A stretch of 64,000 nt of DNA from Candidatus Delongbacteria bacterium (GTDB taxonomy: Bacteria > CAIWAD01): positions 1,760,001-1,824,000 of the forward strand of contig OY760505.1 of NCBI GenBank assembly GCA_963663545.1, read 5' to 3'. Of the stretch, positions 10,132 to 19,355 are shown one piece after another; positions within the stretch are counted from its first letter, which is position 1, and every line of letters starts with the position of its first letter. Made by a program: the position numbers and the translations under genes. A model generated the notes under the pieces. That model worked only from the letters and a program-made list of their open reading frames with translations, did not search any database and had not been told where the DNA came from.

Positions 10132-11055
10132 GTGTCACGTCTACTCAGAATACTCCCTCTCCTGCTGTTTGTATCACAAAGCAGTGCGATGGAATTCAGC
10201 GGCGAGCGTGCGTATGAGTTGCTTGAGGAAATGTGCGCCTTCGGCCCGCGTGTTCCCGGCACTCAGGCCTGGCAGGACTGTGGTCAATGGCTTCACGATG
10301 AGCTTGCCCGGCATTGCGACGAGGCATGGACTCAGTCTTTTCGTGCTACACTTCCCGCCGATCATCCGTGTTCCATCGCAGACACGGCGTGGACGGGAGC
10401 CGGCAAGCAACTCTTCAACATTGTCGGTCGAATTGCCCCGTGGGAGGATCGTCGACTGCTGTTGGCCGCCCACTGGGATAGCCGTCCTTTCTGCGATCAC
10501 GATCCAGACACGCTGCATCGAAGTGATCCGGTACTAGGAGCCAACGACGCGGCCGGTTCTGTTACTGTTCTGCTGGAGCTGGCCCGTGTGCTGAAGCAAG
10601 AGGATCTTCATATCGGAATCGACATCGTGTTTTTCGATGGCGAAGATCTTGGACGTGAAGGTCACCTCGAGGAATACTTGCTTGGATCACGCTACTACGC
10701 GGACCATCTACAGGAGCCGCGACCGGAGCAAGGCATTCTACTTGACATGTGCACCGAAAGTGATCTGCGAATTCCCCTAGAGGCTTACAGTCTGCGAGCG
10801 GCACCGCGACTCTGCAACCAGATCTGGTCTGCGGCAGAGGAGCTGGGATACGGATCAACCTTCGTCCGAGAATCGGGATTGGCCATCTACGACGATCACA
10901 CGCAACTGATCGCTGCAGGTGTTCCAATGGTTGACATTATTGATTTCGATTTCCCCGAGTGGCACACGCGCCGTGATACACCGGAGGTTTGCGATCCGCA
11001 CTCCATGCAGATCATTGGCGATACCGTGATCCATACAATTCTGACTTCCTACTAG
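10132..11055 (+). CDS. M28 family zinc enzyme, glutaminyl-peptide cyclotransferase-like
   Basis: Signal peptide; AAHWDSRP, GANDAAGS, FFDGED, GILLDM, IYDDH and WHT..DT motifs. Confidence 0.8.
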   Translation: MSRLLRILPLLLFVSQSSAMEFSGERAYELLEEMCAFGPRVPGTQAWQDCGQWLHDELARHCDEAWTQSFRATLPADHPCSIADTAWTGAGKQLFNIVGRIAPWEDRRLLLAAHWDSRPFCDHDPDTLHRSDPVLGANDAAGSVTVLLELARVLKQEDLHIGIDIVFFDGEDLGREGHLEEYLLGSRYYADHLQEPRPEQGILLDMCTESDLRIPLEAYSLRAAPRLCNQIWSAAEELGYGSTFVRESGLAIYDDHTQLIAAGVPMVDIIDFDFPEWHTRRDTPEVCDPHSMQIIGDTVIHTILTSY

Positions 11056-11066
11056 CGGAGTGATAC

Positions 11067-11942
11067 ATGTCCTGGAAACTGACTCTCAAAATCAACGAGC
11101 TGGTTCGTGATGCGGCAGCCAATACATGTTTCGAACTGGGAGCGATCGGCATCCAGGAACTGAGCGAGGGGTTTGCTGCGTGGTTTGCCGAGGACGCTGA
11201 CATTGAGCATGCTCGCCAACACCTTGACATCTGGCTGCACGCCCAGCGCGAATTGGATGAAACGCGTCGGCTCGTCTGGGAGGTCAGCGTGGATCACGTG
11301 GAAGACGAGGATTGGTCGGTCAACTGGAAGCGCCATTGGAAACAGCAGTTCTACGGCAAACGTCTTTCTGTCTGCCCCAGCTGGATCGAACCCGCGGAGG
11401 CCGACGAGCGCATCATTCTTCAAATCGATCCCGGCATGGCCTTTGGCACAGGCACCCATGAAACCACCAGTCTGTTGCTGGAGTGGCTCGATGAGCTGGG
11501 CGATCTCTCCGGCCAAAATGTGCTGGACGCTGGCTGTGGTACAGGCATTCTTGCCATTGCTGCACTGAAGCTCGGTGCGGCCTTCGCACTGGGGTACGAC
11601 AATGATCCCGATGCAATTGTTGTAGCACGCGAGAACGCCGAGGTCAACAATTGTCAGCTCGCCGCTCACTTCAAGGTTAGCGATCCCGCCAGCGCGACGG
11701 ATGGGGCAACCTTCGATCTGGTTCTTGCCAACATCCAGCGTTCCGTGATCGTCGATTTCTTCCCCAGCCTCTTGCGTTCTGTCGCTTCGGATCGCCCCCT
11801 ACTCGTTTCAGGCATTTTGGCCGAGGAAGAAGCCATCATGGTTAAGTTGGCCGAGGAGTACGGCCTTCCTGCGCCGGAGATTCGGCGTCAGCGCGAGTGG
11901 ATTGCGCTCTGCTACCGAAAGCCCGCAGGATTGGAGATCTAA
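11067..11942 (+). CDS. prmA: 50S ribosomal protein L11 methyltransferase
   Basis: EDWS.NWK, IDPGMAFGTGTHETT, VLDAGCGTGILAIAA, LANI, SGIL. Confidence 0.95.
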   Translation: MSWKLTLKINELVRDAAANTCFELGAIGIQELSEGFAAWFAEDADIEHARQHLDIWLHAQRELDETRRLVWEVSVDHVEDEDWSVNWKRHWKQQFYGKRLSVCPSWIEPAEADERIILQIDPGMAFGTGTHETTSLLLEWLDELGDLSGQNVLDAGCGTGILAIAALKLGAAFALGYDNDPDAIVVARENAEVNNCQLAAHFKVSDPASATDGATFDLVLANIQRSVIVDFFPSLLRSVASDRPLLVSGILAEEEAIMVKLAEEYGLPAPEIRRQREWIALCYRKPAGLEI

Positions 11943-11943
11943 G

Positions 11944-12933
11944 ATGCAGGCTCTGGTGATTCACGCAGACATTGGCTACACGCATGTCCTGATGGCCAGC
12001 GACCGGCCATTGGAGGATGGTGGCGCCAACCTGAACTCGGTCCTGGGCCCGACACGTTCCGCGCCCGCCGCCGTGAACAAGCCTACCGGCCATCTAATGC
12101 GCATGGAACCCGAGCCACTGTACATACATCACGATGAGACCGTGCGCAACGGCGCAGATCACAGCCTGATGCTCGAAGGACTCGTCGACCAGGAGCGCTT
12201 GCACGTAATCCTGGATCACATGGCGGATTCCGTCGCCAAGTTTGAACCGGTTATTGACGGTATGCGTCTCACGCTATCGCGCGATTTGCTGGATAAAGCA
12301 GACCCGCGCGCACGCAGTGTTGTAGACCGCTTCCAGCGTGATACAGGCCATTTGTTACGTCTGCTCGCTTCGGACGAGATTTCCCTCTGGGTGCTCCGTG
12401 CCTTGCGTTCGTTGTATCCAACGGACCCGATCGCCGGCGTCGCGTTAGGCTTCTGGAATTCCTACGCTGCCATCGAGGACCCGGGCCGTGCGCCGAAATT
12501 CACAGCATGGCCACTCGGTGTCGTCAACCTGCCGAACTCCATGGAGCTGCATCCTGCCTCGCAGTTTGCGGGGGCCGAAGCCATTGTCGAAGAGAAGTAC
12601 GGCCAACTGCTGGTCACAGGTGAAGCGGCCTGGCTCTTGGGCGCATTACGACAAGGGTTGACCTTTCATGCACCCGACATTATTGACGAAGCCGTGCTCA
12701 ACGTCGAAGACCTTCGCGAATACGCCGACTGGCTGCGCCACTGGGAACCGACAGAGCGCAACACCATTCCGATGGTCTGCGATCGTGGCGAATTGGTGCT
12801 ACACTATTTAAAGCTGGCCGAAGTACTTCTGCGGCGTTCCGGCTGCGACGAGCTACGCTGCTGTTCCCGTGGCCTGGTTCATGGATTGATCCTCGATCTC
12901 TTCTCTGACGCCCGCAAACAACTCCGCAAGTAA
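11944..12933 (+). CDS. Divergent Ppx/GppA phosphatase-like (ASKHA fold) protein
   Basis: The C-terminus 'RGELVLHYLKLAEVLLRRSGCDELRCCSRGLVHGLIL' and 'RFQRDTGHLLRLLASDE' resemble Ppx/GppA; the catalytic motifs are degenerate. Confidence 0.5.
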   Translation: MQALVIHADIGYTHVLMASDRPLEDGGANLNSVLGPTRSAPAAVNKPTGHLMRMEPEPLYIHHDETVRNGADHSLMLEGLVDQERLHVILDHMADSVAKFEPVIDGMRLTLSRDLLDKADPRARSVVDRFQRDTGHLLRLLASDEISLWVLRALRSLYPTDPIAGVALGFWNSYAAIEDPGRAPKFTAWPLGVVNLPNSMELHPASQFAGAEAIVEEKYGQLLVTGEAAWLLGALRQGLTFHAPDIIDEAVLNVEDLREYADWLRHWEPTERNTIPMVCDRGELVLHYLKLAEVLLRRSGCDELRCCSRGLVHGLILDLFSDARKQLRK

Positions 12934-12979
12934 TTTGTTATCCTTGCCGGTTCCGTTGTACCAAAGAAGGAGCCGGAAC

Positions 12980-13234
12980 ATGCCAACCTACGAGTACCGA
13001 TGCCAGTCCTGCGGGCATGAGCTGGAGGCGTTTCACAGCATGACAGCCGATCCTCTTCGTCTGTGCCCAAACTGCGGTAAAGAAGAGCTGAAACGAATCA
13101 TTTCCTCCGGTGCTGGCATGATCTTCAAAGGAAGCGGCTTCTACGAAACCGATTACAAGCGCGACAAGAAACGCCCCGTCTCCAGCGAATGCAAGAGCTG
13201 TGAGAACAAGGCTTCCTGTGGCGTAAAGGACTAA
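12980..13234 (+). CDS. FmdB family zinc-ribbon protein
   Basis: MPTYEYRCQSCGH...CPNCG...RIIS..G..FKGSGFYETDY; AGGAG SD. Confidence 0.9.
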   Translation: MPTYEYRCQSCGHELEAFHSMTADPLRLCPNCGKEELKRIISSGAGMIFKGSGFYETDYKRDKKRPVSSECKSCENKASCGVKD

Positions 13235-13237
13235 GCG

Positions 13238-14047
13238 TTGAGCGAGCAAACAATCCTACAGGGGCAGGATGGAGTGGAACTCTATAGCCTGCCCCTTTTG
13301 TATGACATCGCCTACGACTGGGATGTAACACGCGAGCTCTGCTTCTTCCTGGAGTGCATGGAGCTCTTCGGTCGTGGTCCCGCAAAACACGTGCTGGAAC
13401 CTGCCTGTGGCACGGGGCGAAACCTGGAAGAGCTGGCGCGAATGGATGTGCGTCTCACAGGTTACGACAACTGTCCAGAAGCCGTGGAGTTTGCTGCGAA
13501 GCGATTGCGCAAGCGGCGTCTTGCGAAGCATGTTGACTTGCACATAGGCGACATGCGAAGCTTTTGCCTTCCTTTGCAGGCAGATGGCGCTTTTAACTCA
13601 ATCAACTCCTTTCGCTATCTCACGACCGACGAAGACGTGCTTGGTCATTTGCGTACTACACGCAAGATGCTGAAACCGGGTGCCGTCTACGTGCTGGATT
13701 TGAGTTACGCCATGCCGCCTCGTCAGCAACCCAAGGTCTACGAGTGGGACAGTGAGCGCGATGGCATCGTGGTAGAAGTGCGTTGGCTGACTCGTGAAGA
13801 CCACAACTCCTCGTTGTCACACGAGGTTTGTGAATTGCGCGTGAACGAGGGCGGCAAAGAGCGACTGATTACAACGCATCACACGACGAGATTGTGGACC
13901 ATAGATGCGTTTGAAAAGCTTGTGACACAGGCGGGTTTTGAAATCATGGCCATCTACACCGGCGCACTGGAAGCCATAAACTGGCGTAACACACACATCG
14001 ATGGTCGCATGGACAATTTGTATCACGTACTACGATCGATAGACTAA
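13238..14047 (+). CDS. Class I SAM-dependent methyltransferase
   Basis: Motif I VLEPACGTGR, plus GDMRSF and LKPGAVYVLD. Confidence 0.85.
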   Translation: MSEQTILQGQDGVELYSLPLLYDIAYDWDVTRELCFFLECMELFGRGPAKHVLEPACGTGRNLEELARMDVRLTGYDNCPEAVEFAAKRLRKRRLAKHVDLHIGDMRSFCLPLQADGAFNSINSFRYLTTDEDVLGHLRTTRKMLKPGAVYVLDLSYAMPPRQQPKVYEWDSERDGIVVEVRWLTREDHNSSLSHEVCELRVNEGGKERLITTHHTTRLWTIDAFEKLVTQAGFEIMAIYTGALEAINWRNTHIDGRMDNLYHVLRSID

Positions 14048-14059
14048 GATCGTGTCGAC

Positions 14060-14524
14060 TCAGGGTTGTAGATCCTCAGCACATAGTGACTCAGCCCCTT
14101 GCCAGTGCCACTCAGCAAAACGCCCTTGTTCGGTGTGACACATGCGCACAAGCAACACCTCGCCGAAGAGCAGATCTAGCGCTGGTAGCGGCCACTCGAC
14201 TACGACAACGACGTTCGCTTCAAGGCTCTCCTCGAAACCAATCTCAACCAATTCGTGCGTATTCTTCAATCGATACAAATCGTAATGATGTAACACGCGA
14301 CTACGGCCAAGTACGTTACAAAGAGCAAAGGTCGGGCTAGTGACAGATTCACTGATGCCAAGGCCTTTGGCAAGACCCTGAGTAAAGCTCGTCTTGCCCG
14401 ATCCCAGTTCGCCAACAAGCAACAAGATGTCGCCCTCTTCCACGAGCGCAGCCAGCTCCTGCCCCAGGTCGCGTGTCGCGTCCAGATCGATCAACTGCCG
14501 ACTACCCGCGTGGCCCCGCTCCAT
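14060..14524 (-). CDS. tsaE: tRNA t6A biosynthesis ATPase TsaE
   Basis: GELGSGKT P-loop, VTSPTF, HYDLYRL and VEW; the start overlaps the upstream stop (TAATG). Confidence 0.93.
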   Translation of the reverse strand: MERGHAGSRQLIDLDATRDLGQELAALVEEGDILLLVGELGSGKTSFTQGLAKGLGISESVTSPTFALCNVLGRSRVLHHYDLYRLKNTHELVEIGFEESLEANVVVVVEWPLPALDLLFGEVLLVRMCHTEQGRFAEWHWQGAESLCAEDLQP

Positions 14525-16083
14525 TAGCGAGGCTCCAGAGTTGCCACCGGTAGTACGACTTCTTCAAGTGATACACCGCCGTGCTGGAAACTGTCCTTGA
14601 AGTGATTCAAGTACTGATTGAAGTTGTTGCCATAAAGAAACATCTGATCTTCAATAGCGAAGGCCATCGTCTCACTGGGCGGTCCGGGCGGCAAGCGCCA
14701 GGCCTGCGGCTTGTCCAGAAAGACGCCACTACGGTCATCTTCTAGACGCAGGTTGCGCCCCACCTTGTAGCGTAAGCCACGGCTTGCATCACGGTCACTG
14801 AAAATGCGTGCGCCGCGCTGCACACGAATGGAGCCGTGATCGCTGGTAATGACAATCGTGTAGCCCTTTTCGCGAAACGCCTGCAGAATGCGATACAAGG
14901 CCGAGTGCCGGAACCAGCTTGAGACAACACTGCGATATGCGGCCTCGTCGGGGACCATCTCGCGCACGATGTCGTTCTGATTGCGGCTGTGTGCCAGAAT
15001 ATCGACGAAGTTCCAAACCATCGATACCAGTGGATGGTTGAAAAGCGAGTCGACCTTTTTGAGAGTGTCGTTTGCTTCGCTCAGGTCGATGATCTTGATG
15101 TACTTATGCTCAGGCTTCAAGGTCACGCCGTTCAACTTGAGCTGGTGATCGAGAAACTGCCGTTCGTGTCGGTTCGTGTTGCCCTCATCGTCCATGTTGC
15201 GGCTCCACATCTCAGAATGCGTGCGCGCAATGTCAGCCGGATACATGCCAGCAAAAATGGCGTTGCGGGAGTAGGGCGTTGCGGTCGGCAGAATCGAAAA
15301 GTGTGTGTCACGTCGAATGCGGAAATCTGACTGTAAAGCGCGCTCCAACACCATCCAATGATCCATGCGCATACAGTCGATGACACAGAAAAGCACACGG
15401 CGATCCTCGCGCAGTAGCGGCAGCAAATACTCGCGGACCACGCCAGGACTCATCACCGGACCGCTTCCGTTTCCGCTGATCCAGTCGGCGTACTCCCGCT
15501 CCAACAGCCGCGCAAACTCGCGATTGCATTCACGGCGCTGATCCGTCAACGTTTGCCGCAGCCCCAGTCCTGGGTGCTGGTCCATTTCCAGCTCCCAACT
15601 GCAGAGATCCTGATGGATCTGTGCGAACTCGTTCCACTGTGCACCCATCGCCATGCGACGACCGACATCGGCCAGTTGGCGCATGTAATCCTCGCTGATG
15701 CGGCGACGTTCTATGCTGCGACGTTCGATAATGCGCTTGCACACTGCAATTATCTGACTGGGATTCACAGGCTTGGTCAGATAATCGTCAATCTGCTGAC
15801 CTATGGCCTGGTCCATCAGCGATTCTTCTTCGCTCTTGGTGATCATCACACAAGGCAGCGCGGGATCGATCTGCTTGATGGCTTCCAGTGTTTCCAGGCC
15901 GGTAAGACCCGGCATCATTTCGTCCAGCAACACCAGGTCGTAGTCGCCTTCGCGCACTTTAATCAGTGCGTCGTCGCCGTTGGCCACCGGTGTGACTTCA
16001 TAGCCCTGCTTTTCAAGAATGAGGATGTGTGGACGCAAGAGGTCGATTTCGTCGTCGGCCCAGAGGATCCGTCTGGCTGTCAT
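14524..16083 (-). CDS. porX: PorX-like response regulator with a C-terminal PglZ/alkaline-phosphatase domain
   Basis: Receiver domain ILWADDEIDLLRPH...LLDEMMPG...MITKSEEE...YLTKPVNPSQI; PglZ motifs SILPTATPYSRNAIFAG, TSDHG and FQHGGVSLEE; lies next to tsaE, as in Bacteroidota. Confidence 0.85.
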   Translation of the reverse strand: MTARRILWADDEIDLLRPHILILEKQGYEVTPVANGDDALIKVREGDYDLVLLDEMMPGLTGLETLEAIKQIDPALPCVMITKSEEESLMDQAIGQQIDDYLTKPVNPSQIIAVCKRIIERRSIERRRISEDYMRQLADVGRRMAMGAQWNEFAQIHQDLCSWELEMDQHPGLGLRQTLTDQRRECNREFARLLEREYADWISGNGSGPVMSPGVVREYLLPLLREDRRVLFCVIDCMRMDHWMVLERALQSDFRIRRDTHFSILPTATPYSRNAIFAGMYPADIARTHSEMWSRNMDDEGNTNRHERQFLDHQLKLNGVTLKPEHKYIKIIDLSEANDTLKKVDSLFNHPLVSMVWNFVDILAHSRNQNDIVREMVPDEAAYRSVVSSWFRHSALYRILQAFREKGYTIVITSDHGSIRVQRGARIFSDRDASRGLRYKVGRNLRLEDDRSGVFLDKPQAWRLPPGPPSETMAFAIEDQMFLYGNNFNQYLNHFKDSFQHGGVSLEEVVLPVATLEPR

Positions 16084-16178
16084 GATTCTCCCTTGGTGTT
16101 ATCCGCTACAAACTGGAACCAGCAGTCGATAGGATCTCCTCAGAATGGCTGCTATACAAGTGGGCTGATTCACAAGGG

Positions 16179-17006
16179 TTATCGGCTTTGCGACAGCCAG
16201 CAATCCAGCGTCGAACCGTTGTTTCCCGCTTCCGGTTCCCCGCACAGGCGCACAAGCTCGCTCACGAGCCCACGATAGGCCGGAAGGAGTTCCGCGCGTT
16301 GCCCGGCCAACCAGCTGAGATGACGCGCCACTGTCCCACGATCGCCACGGCGCACTGGCCCCGAAAGGCCCTCTACTGGACCGCGAGCTAACAAGTTTTC
16401 CAATGCACTTCGCATCAACTCCGGTGCAAAGCGATCCAAATCCTGCTCCGGGCCAGGCCAGCAACGAGCTGCCAGCGACCAGAGTGCTGGAAGCATGTTC
16501 GCCAGCAAGGTGCAGGCAATATGATAGGGGATCTGCTCGCTTGGATCCAGCTCCAACAGGTGAGCTCCCGCAGGTAGTAAGTCACGCACCCAATCAGCGC
16601 GATCGACATCACCGCAAAAGGTCCAGTTGTGGATGGTGTCATCCGTTCTGCCTTCCACAAGGCTTTGGGCGGGATGCAACAGGCCAACGCTCATACCACG
16701 ACCGCGCAGGGCATGCAAATCACTCAAAGGGGCTGAAGCCGATAGCTGCAGAGCAACACTCGCCCGAATGCGCGGCGACAGCCCCGCAGCTACTGTGGCG
16801 TAGGCATCGTCCGGCACAGCTAGCAGCAACAAATCCACGTCCAGCACATCGGGCAAAGCCGCCGTGAGATTCTGTCCAGCCAGCGTAGTGCCAGCCTTTT
16901 GCGGATCGCAAGCTGCCACCAAACGACCTCCCGCGCGGAGGAGTTCGTGTATCACAGCGCACCCCGCCGGGCCTGCGCCAACCAGAGCGATGGTTCTGCC
17001 GGACAT
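16179..17006 (-). CDS. Rossmann-fold oxidoreductase-like protein with a DUF2520 domain
   Basis: GAGPAG, LAVPDD, LHPAQ, YHIAC and LSGPVRRGD..TV..HL. Confidence 0.8.
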   Translation of the reverse strand: MSGRTIALVGAGPAGCAVIHELLRAGGRLVAACDPQKAGTTLAGQNLTAALPDVLDVDLLLLAVPDDAYATVAAGLSPRIRASVALQLSASAPLSDLHALRGRGMSVGLLHPAQSLVEGRTDDTIHNWTFCGDVDRADWVRDLLPAGAHLLELDPSEQIPYHIACTLLANMLPALWSLAARCWPGPEQDLDRFAPELMRSALENLLARGPVEGLSGPVRRGDRGTVARHLSWLAGQRAELLPAYRGLVSELVRLCGEPEAGNNGSTLDCWLSQSR

Positions 17007-17008
17007 GG

Positions 17009-17875
17009 TCAAGCTCCGTCCCTGATCAAGGCAGCCGCATAGCCGACGACACTCTGAGTTTCGCCGGTTACACTGGCGCTGGTACGATAGTCGAGCAACG
17101 TTGCCGAAGGCGAGTTCATGGTTCGCTGCGCCCAGCGCATTAGCGCTACAACGCCACCACCACCGCAGGCTTCACAGCTACGAAGCTGCATCTCTCGCGC
17201 AAGGCTGGCGTGATCCAAATCTTCCACCTGCTGCAGAAAGCGCTCATCTAGACGTTGTGCATCACGCAGATTGTGAAAGTGCGAGAGGTCGGTAGAAGCG
17301 ATCACAAGTGTCGGCACATCATCCGCACAGCTGGCTAGCGCATCTACTAGCGCATCGATTAGCTCCGTACGCTGGTGACCGATGCTCAGCGGCACCAGTT
17401 TGGTCTCTCCCAGGAGATGCTGCAGAAAAGGCAGTTGCAGTTCCAGGCTGTGCTCGTGTCGGTGCCCGTCACTGCCGGCTTTGATGTGATCCGAGACGAG
17501 AAGCAAGCGCTCACAAAACTCGCCGTCCACGGTCAATTCGCCCAGGGGAGTTTTCCAGGCTGCGCGGCCTTCTGTGTGATGCCACAGACTGATATGGTCA
17601 AAGAATTCCTGATGCGACGGAGCCAGTACAACTACCCGGCCAGGCTTCCATTCCCCCAGCACCGAGTAGGCGCAGGCCGCCGTAACACCGGAAAACTGAT
17701 ACCCTGCATGGGGCGCCATCAAACCGGCTGACTTTGTATCACATCTAAGGCGTGGGTTCTCGGGGTACGTATCATTCGCGACGCGAAAGCACTCTTTCAG
17801 AACGGCACGCAGTTCGGCGGGTTCATCCGGATACCAGCTTCCAGCCATTTGAGACTCTCGTATCCACTCGCTCAT
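17009..17875 (-). CDS. amrB: AmmeMemoRadiSam system protein B (Memo family)
   Basis: AGSWYP, APHAGYQFSG, EHSLELQLPFLQ, ASTDLSHF, ACG, VVGYAA. Confidence 0.9.
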   Translation of the reverse strand: MSEWIRESQMAGSWYPDEPAELRAVLKECFRVANDTYPENPRLRCDTKSAGLMAPHAGYQFSGVTAACAYSVLGEWKPGRVVVLAPSHQEFFDHISLWHHTEGRAAWKTPLGELTVDGEFCERLLLVSDHIKAGSDGHRHEHSLELQLPFLQHLLGETKLVPLSIGHQRTELIDALVDALASCADDVPTLVIASTDLSHFHNLRDAQRLDERFLQQVEDLDHASLAREMQLRSCEACGGGGVVALMRWAQRTMNSPSATLLDYRTSASVTGETQSVVGYAAALIRDGA

Positions 17876-17956
17876 GATTATCTCCACCTGCCAACACTTC
17901 GCAACACCAACGGGCAGGAAAGCACTGTATCACGTCCGGCTTTGACAACAGGAACT

Positions 17957-19243
17957 CTATCGCACCCGCGGCACCGGCAACAGTTCTTCTCTGCGTGGGC
18001 CCGTTGACACATACTCCACTGGCACTCCCATGCGAGCTTCGAGACCGCGAACGTAATCTTGCGCCTCGGGGGGCAGCTCGGTGAAGGCTGTCACTCCGGC
18101 TGTGCGTCCAGGCCAACCAGGAACGGTCTCGTACACGGGCTTCACCTCTTCCTCCAGCAGGCGCAAATCTTCTGGCATTTCGTGATACACGGTTCCGTTG
18201 ATCTCGTAGGCGCTGCAGATTTTGATCTCGTCCATACCATCCAGGATGTCAAGCTTTGTGATCACAACTCCAGTGAAGCCGTTCAATCTCGCTGCGTAGC
18301 GAGCGGCAACCTCATCAAACCAGCCGCAACGACGGGGACGTCCGGTTGTAGCACCAAACTCGCCAGCCAGCTTGCGGAACTCGTCTGCGAAACCTCCTGC
18401 GGGAAATTCCGTGGGAAAGGGGCCGTTGCCTACGCGTGTCACATAGGCTTTGAAGATGCCGACAACCTGGTCCACAGCAGTTGGCGGAATACCTCCACCG
18501 GTGCAAGCTCCGCCAGCCACAGGGCTGGTAGAAGTAACAAAGGGGTAAGTGCCCCAATCAATATCCAGCAACGTTCCCTGTGCACCCTCCATCAGAACCC
18601 GCTCACCTGCGCAATGCAGTTTCCAGAGTGGAAGCTGCGTATCACCAACGAACGGACGAAGCGCGTCAGAAGCCAAACGGCATTTCTCCAACAAACCATC
18701 TCGATCAATTGTATCACAGCGAAGTACACGAAGCTGCTCGTTGATACGTGGCAACAGACTGTCAAGAAGACTGCCCAGTCGCTGCTCGTCTAAAATATCG
18801 CCCAGCCGTACACCGCGACGCTCCGCCTTGTGCATGGCGCAAGGGCCGATTCCGCGACGAGTAGTGCCAATGGCGACAGTACCTTCGCGATCTTCTCCCG
18901 CAGCATCCAGCAAACGATGCCAGGGCATGATAATGTGACACGAAGGAGAAACAACCAGATTGCTTGTGTCACAGCCAGCGGCACCAAGTGTTGCGATCTC
19001 CTCCATCAGCTCCCAGGGATCCAACAAGACGCCAGGGGCAATGGCACAGAGTACTCCGCTGTGTAAAATGCCAGTAGGCACTTGATGTAGCACAAGCTTC
19101 TGATCGCCGTGATACACAGTGTGTCCAGCATTTGGTCCGCCCTGATAGCGAACAACCGCCTTGACACCAGGAACAAGAGTATCCACCAATTTACCCTTGC
19201 CCTCATCGCCCCACTGTCCGCCGACCAATACTGTTACTGGCAT
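17957..19243 (-). CDS. purA: Adenylosuccinate synthetase
   Basis: GGQWGDEGKGK, QGGPNAGHT, GTTRRGIGP, EGAQG, TRVGNGPFPTE, GATTGRPRRCGW. Confidence 0.97.
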   Translation of the reverse strand: MPVTVLVGGQWGDEGKGKLVDTLVPGVKAVVRYQGGPNAGHTVYHGDQKLVLHQVPTGILHSGVLCAIAPGVLLDPWELMEEIATLGAAGCDTSNLVVSPSCHIIMPWHRLLDAAGEDREGTVAIGTTRRGIGPCAMHKAERRGVRLGDILDEQRLGSLLDSLLPRINEQLRVLRCDTIDRDGLLEKCRLASDALRPFVGDTQLPLWKLHCAGERVLMEGAQGTLLDIDWGTYPFVTSTSPVAGGACTGGGIPPTAVDQVVGIFKAYVTRVGNGPFPTEFPAGGFADEFRKLAGEFGATTGRPRRCGWFDEVAARYAARLNGFTGVVITKLDILDGMDEIKICSAYEINGTVYHEMPEDLRLLEEEVKPVYETVPGWPGRTAGVTAFTELPPEAQDYVRGLEARMGVPVEYVSTGPRREELLPVPRVR

Positions 19244-19252
19244 GAGACCCCC

Positions 19253-19283
19253 AAATAAAAAGCTCCGGCAAGGTGCCGGAGCC
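19253..19283 (-). terminator. Intrinsic terminator between secF and purA
   Basis: The minus strand reads GGCTCCGGCA-CCT-TGCCGGAGCT-TTTTATTT. Confidence 0.7.
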
Positions 19284-19355
19284 TTGAACAATCAGTGTAT
19301 CACCACGTCTTCGCTTCTCCAAACCTTGGCGGATTGAAGCGCAAATGGCAGTGGG

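Noticed and set aside
14524..16083. The PglZ domain as a BREX defence system
   Set aside because: It is fused to a receiver domain next to tsaE (PorX type), and there are no brx genes nearby.
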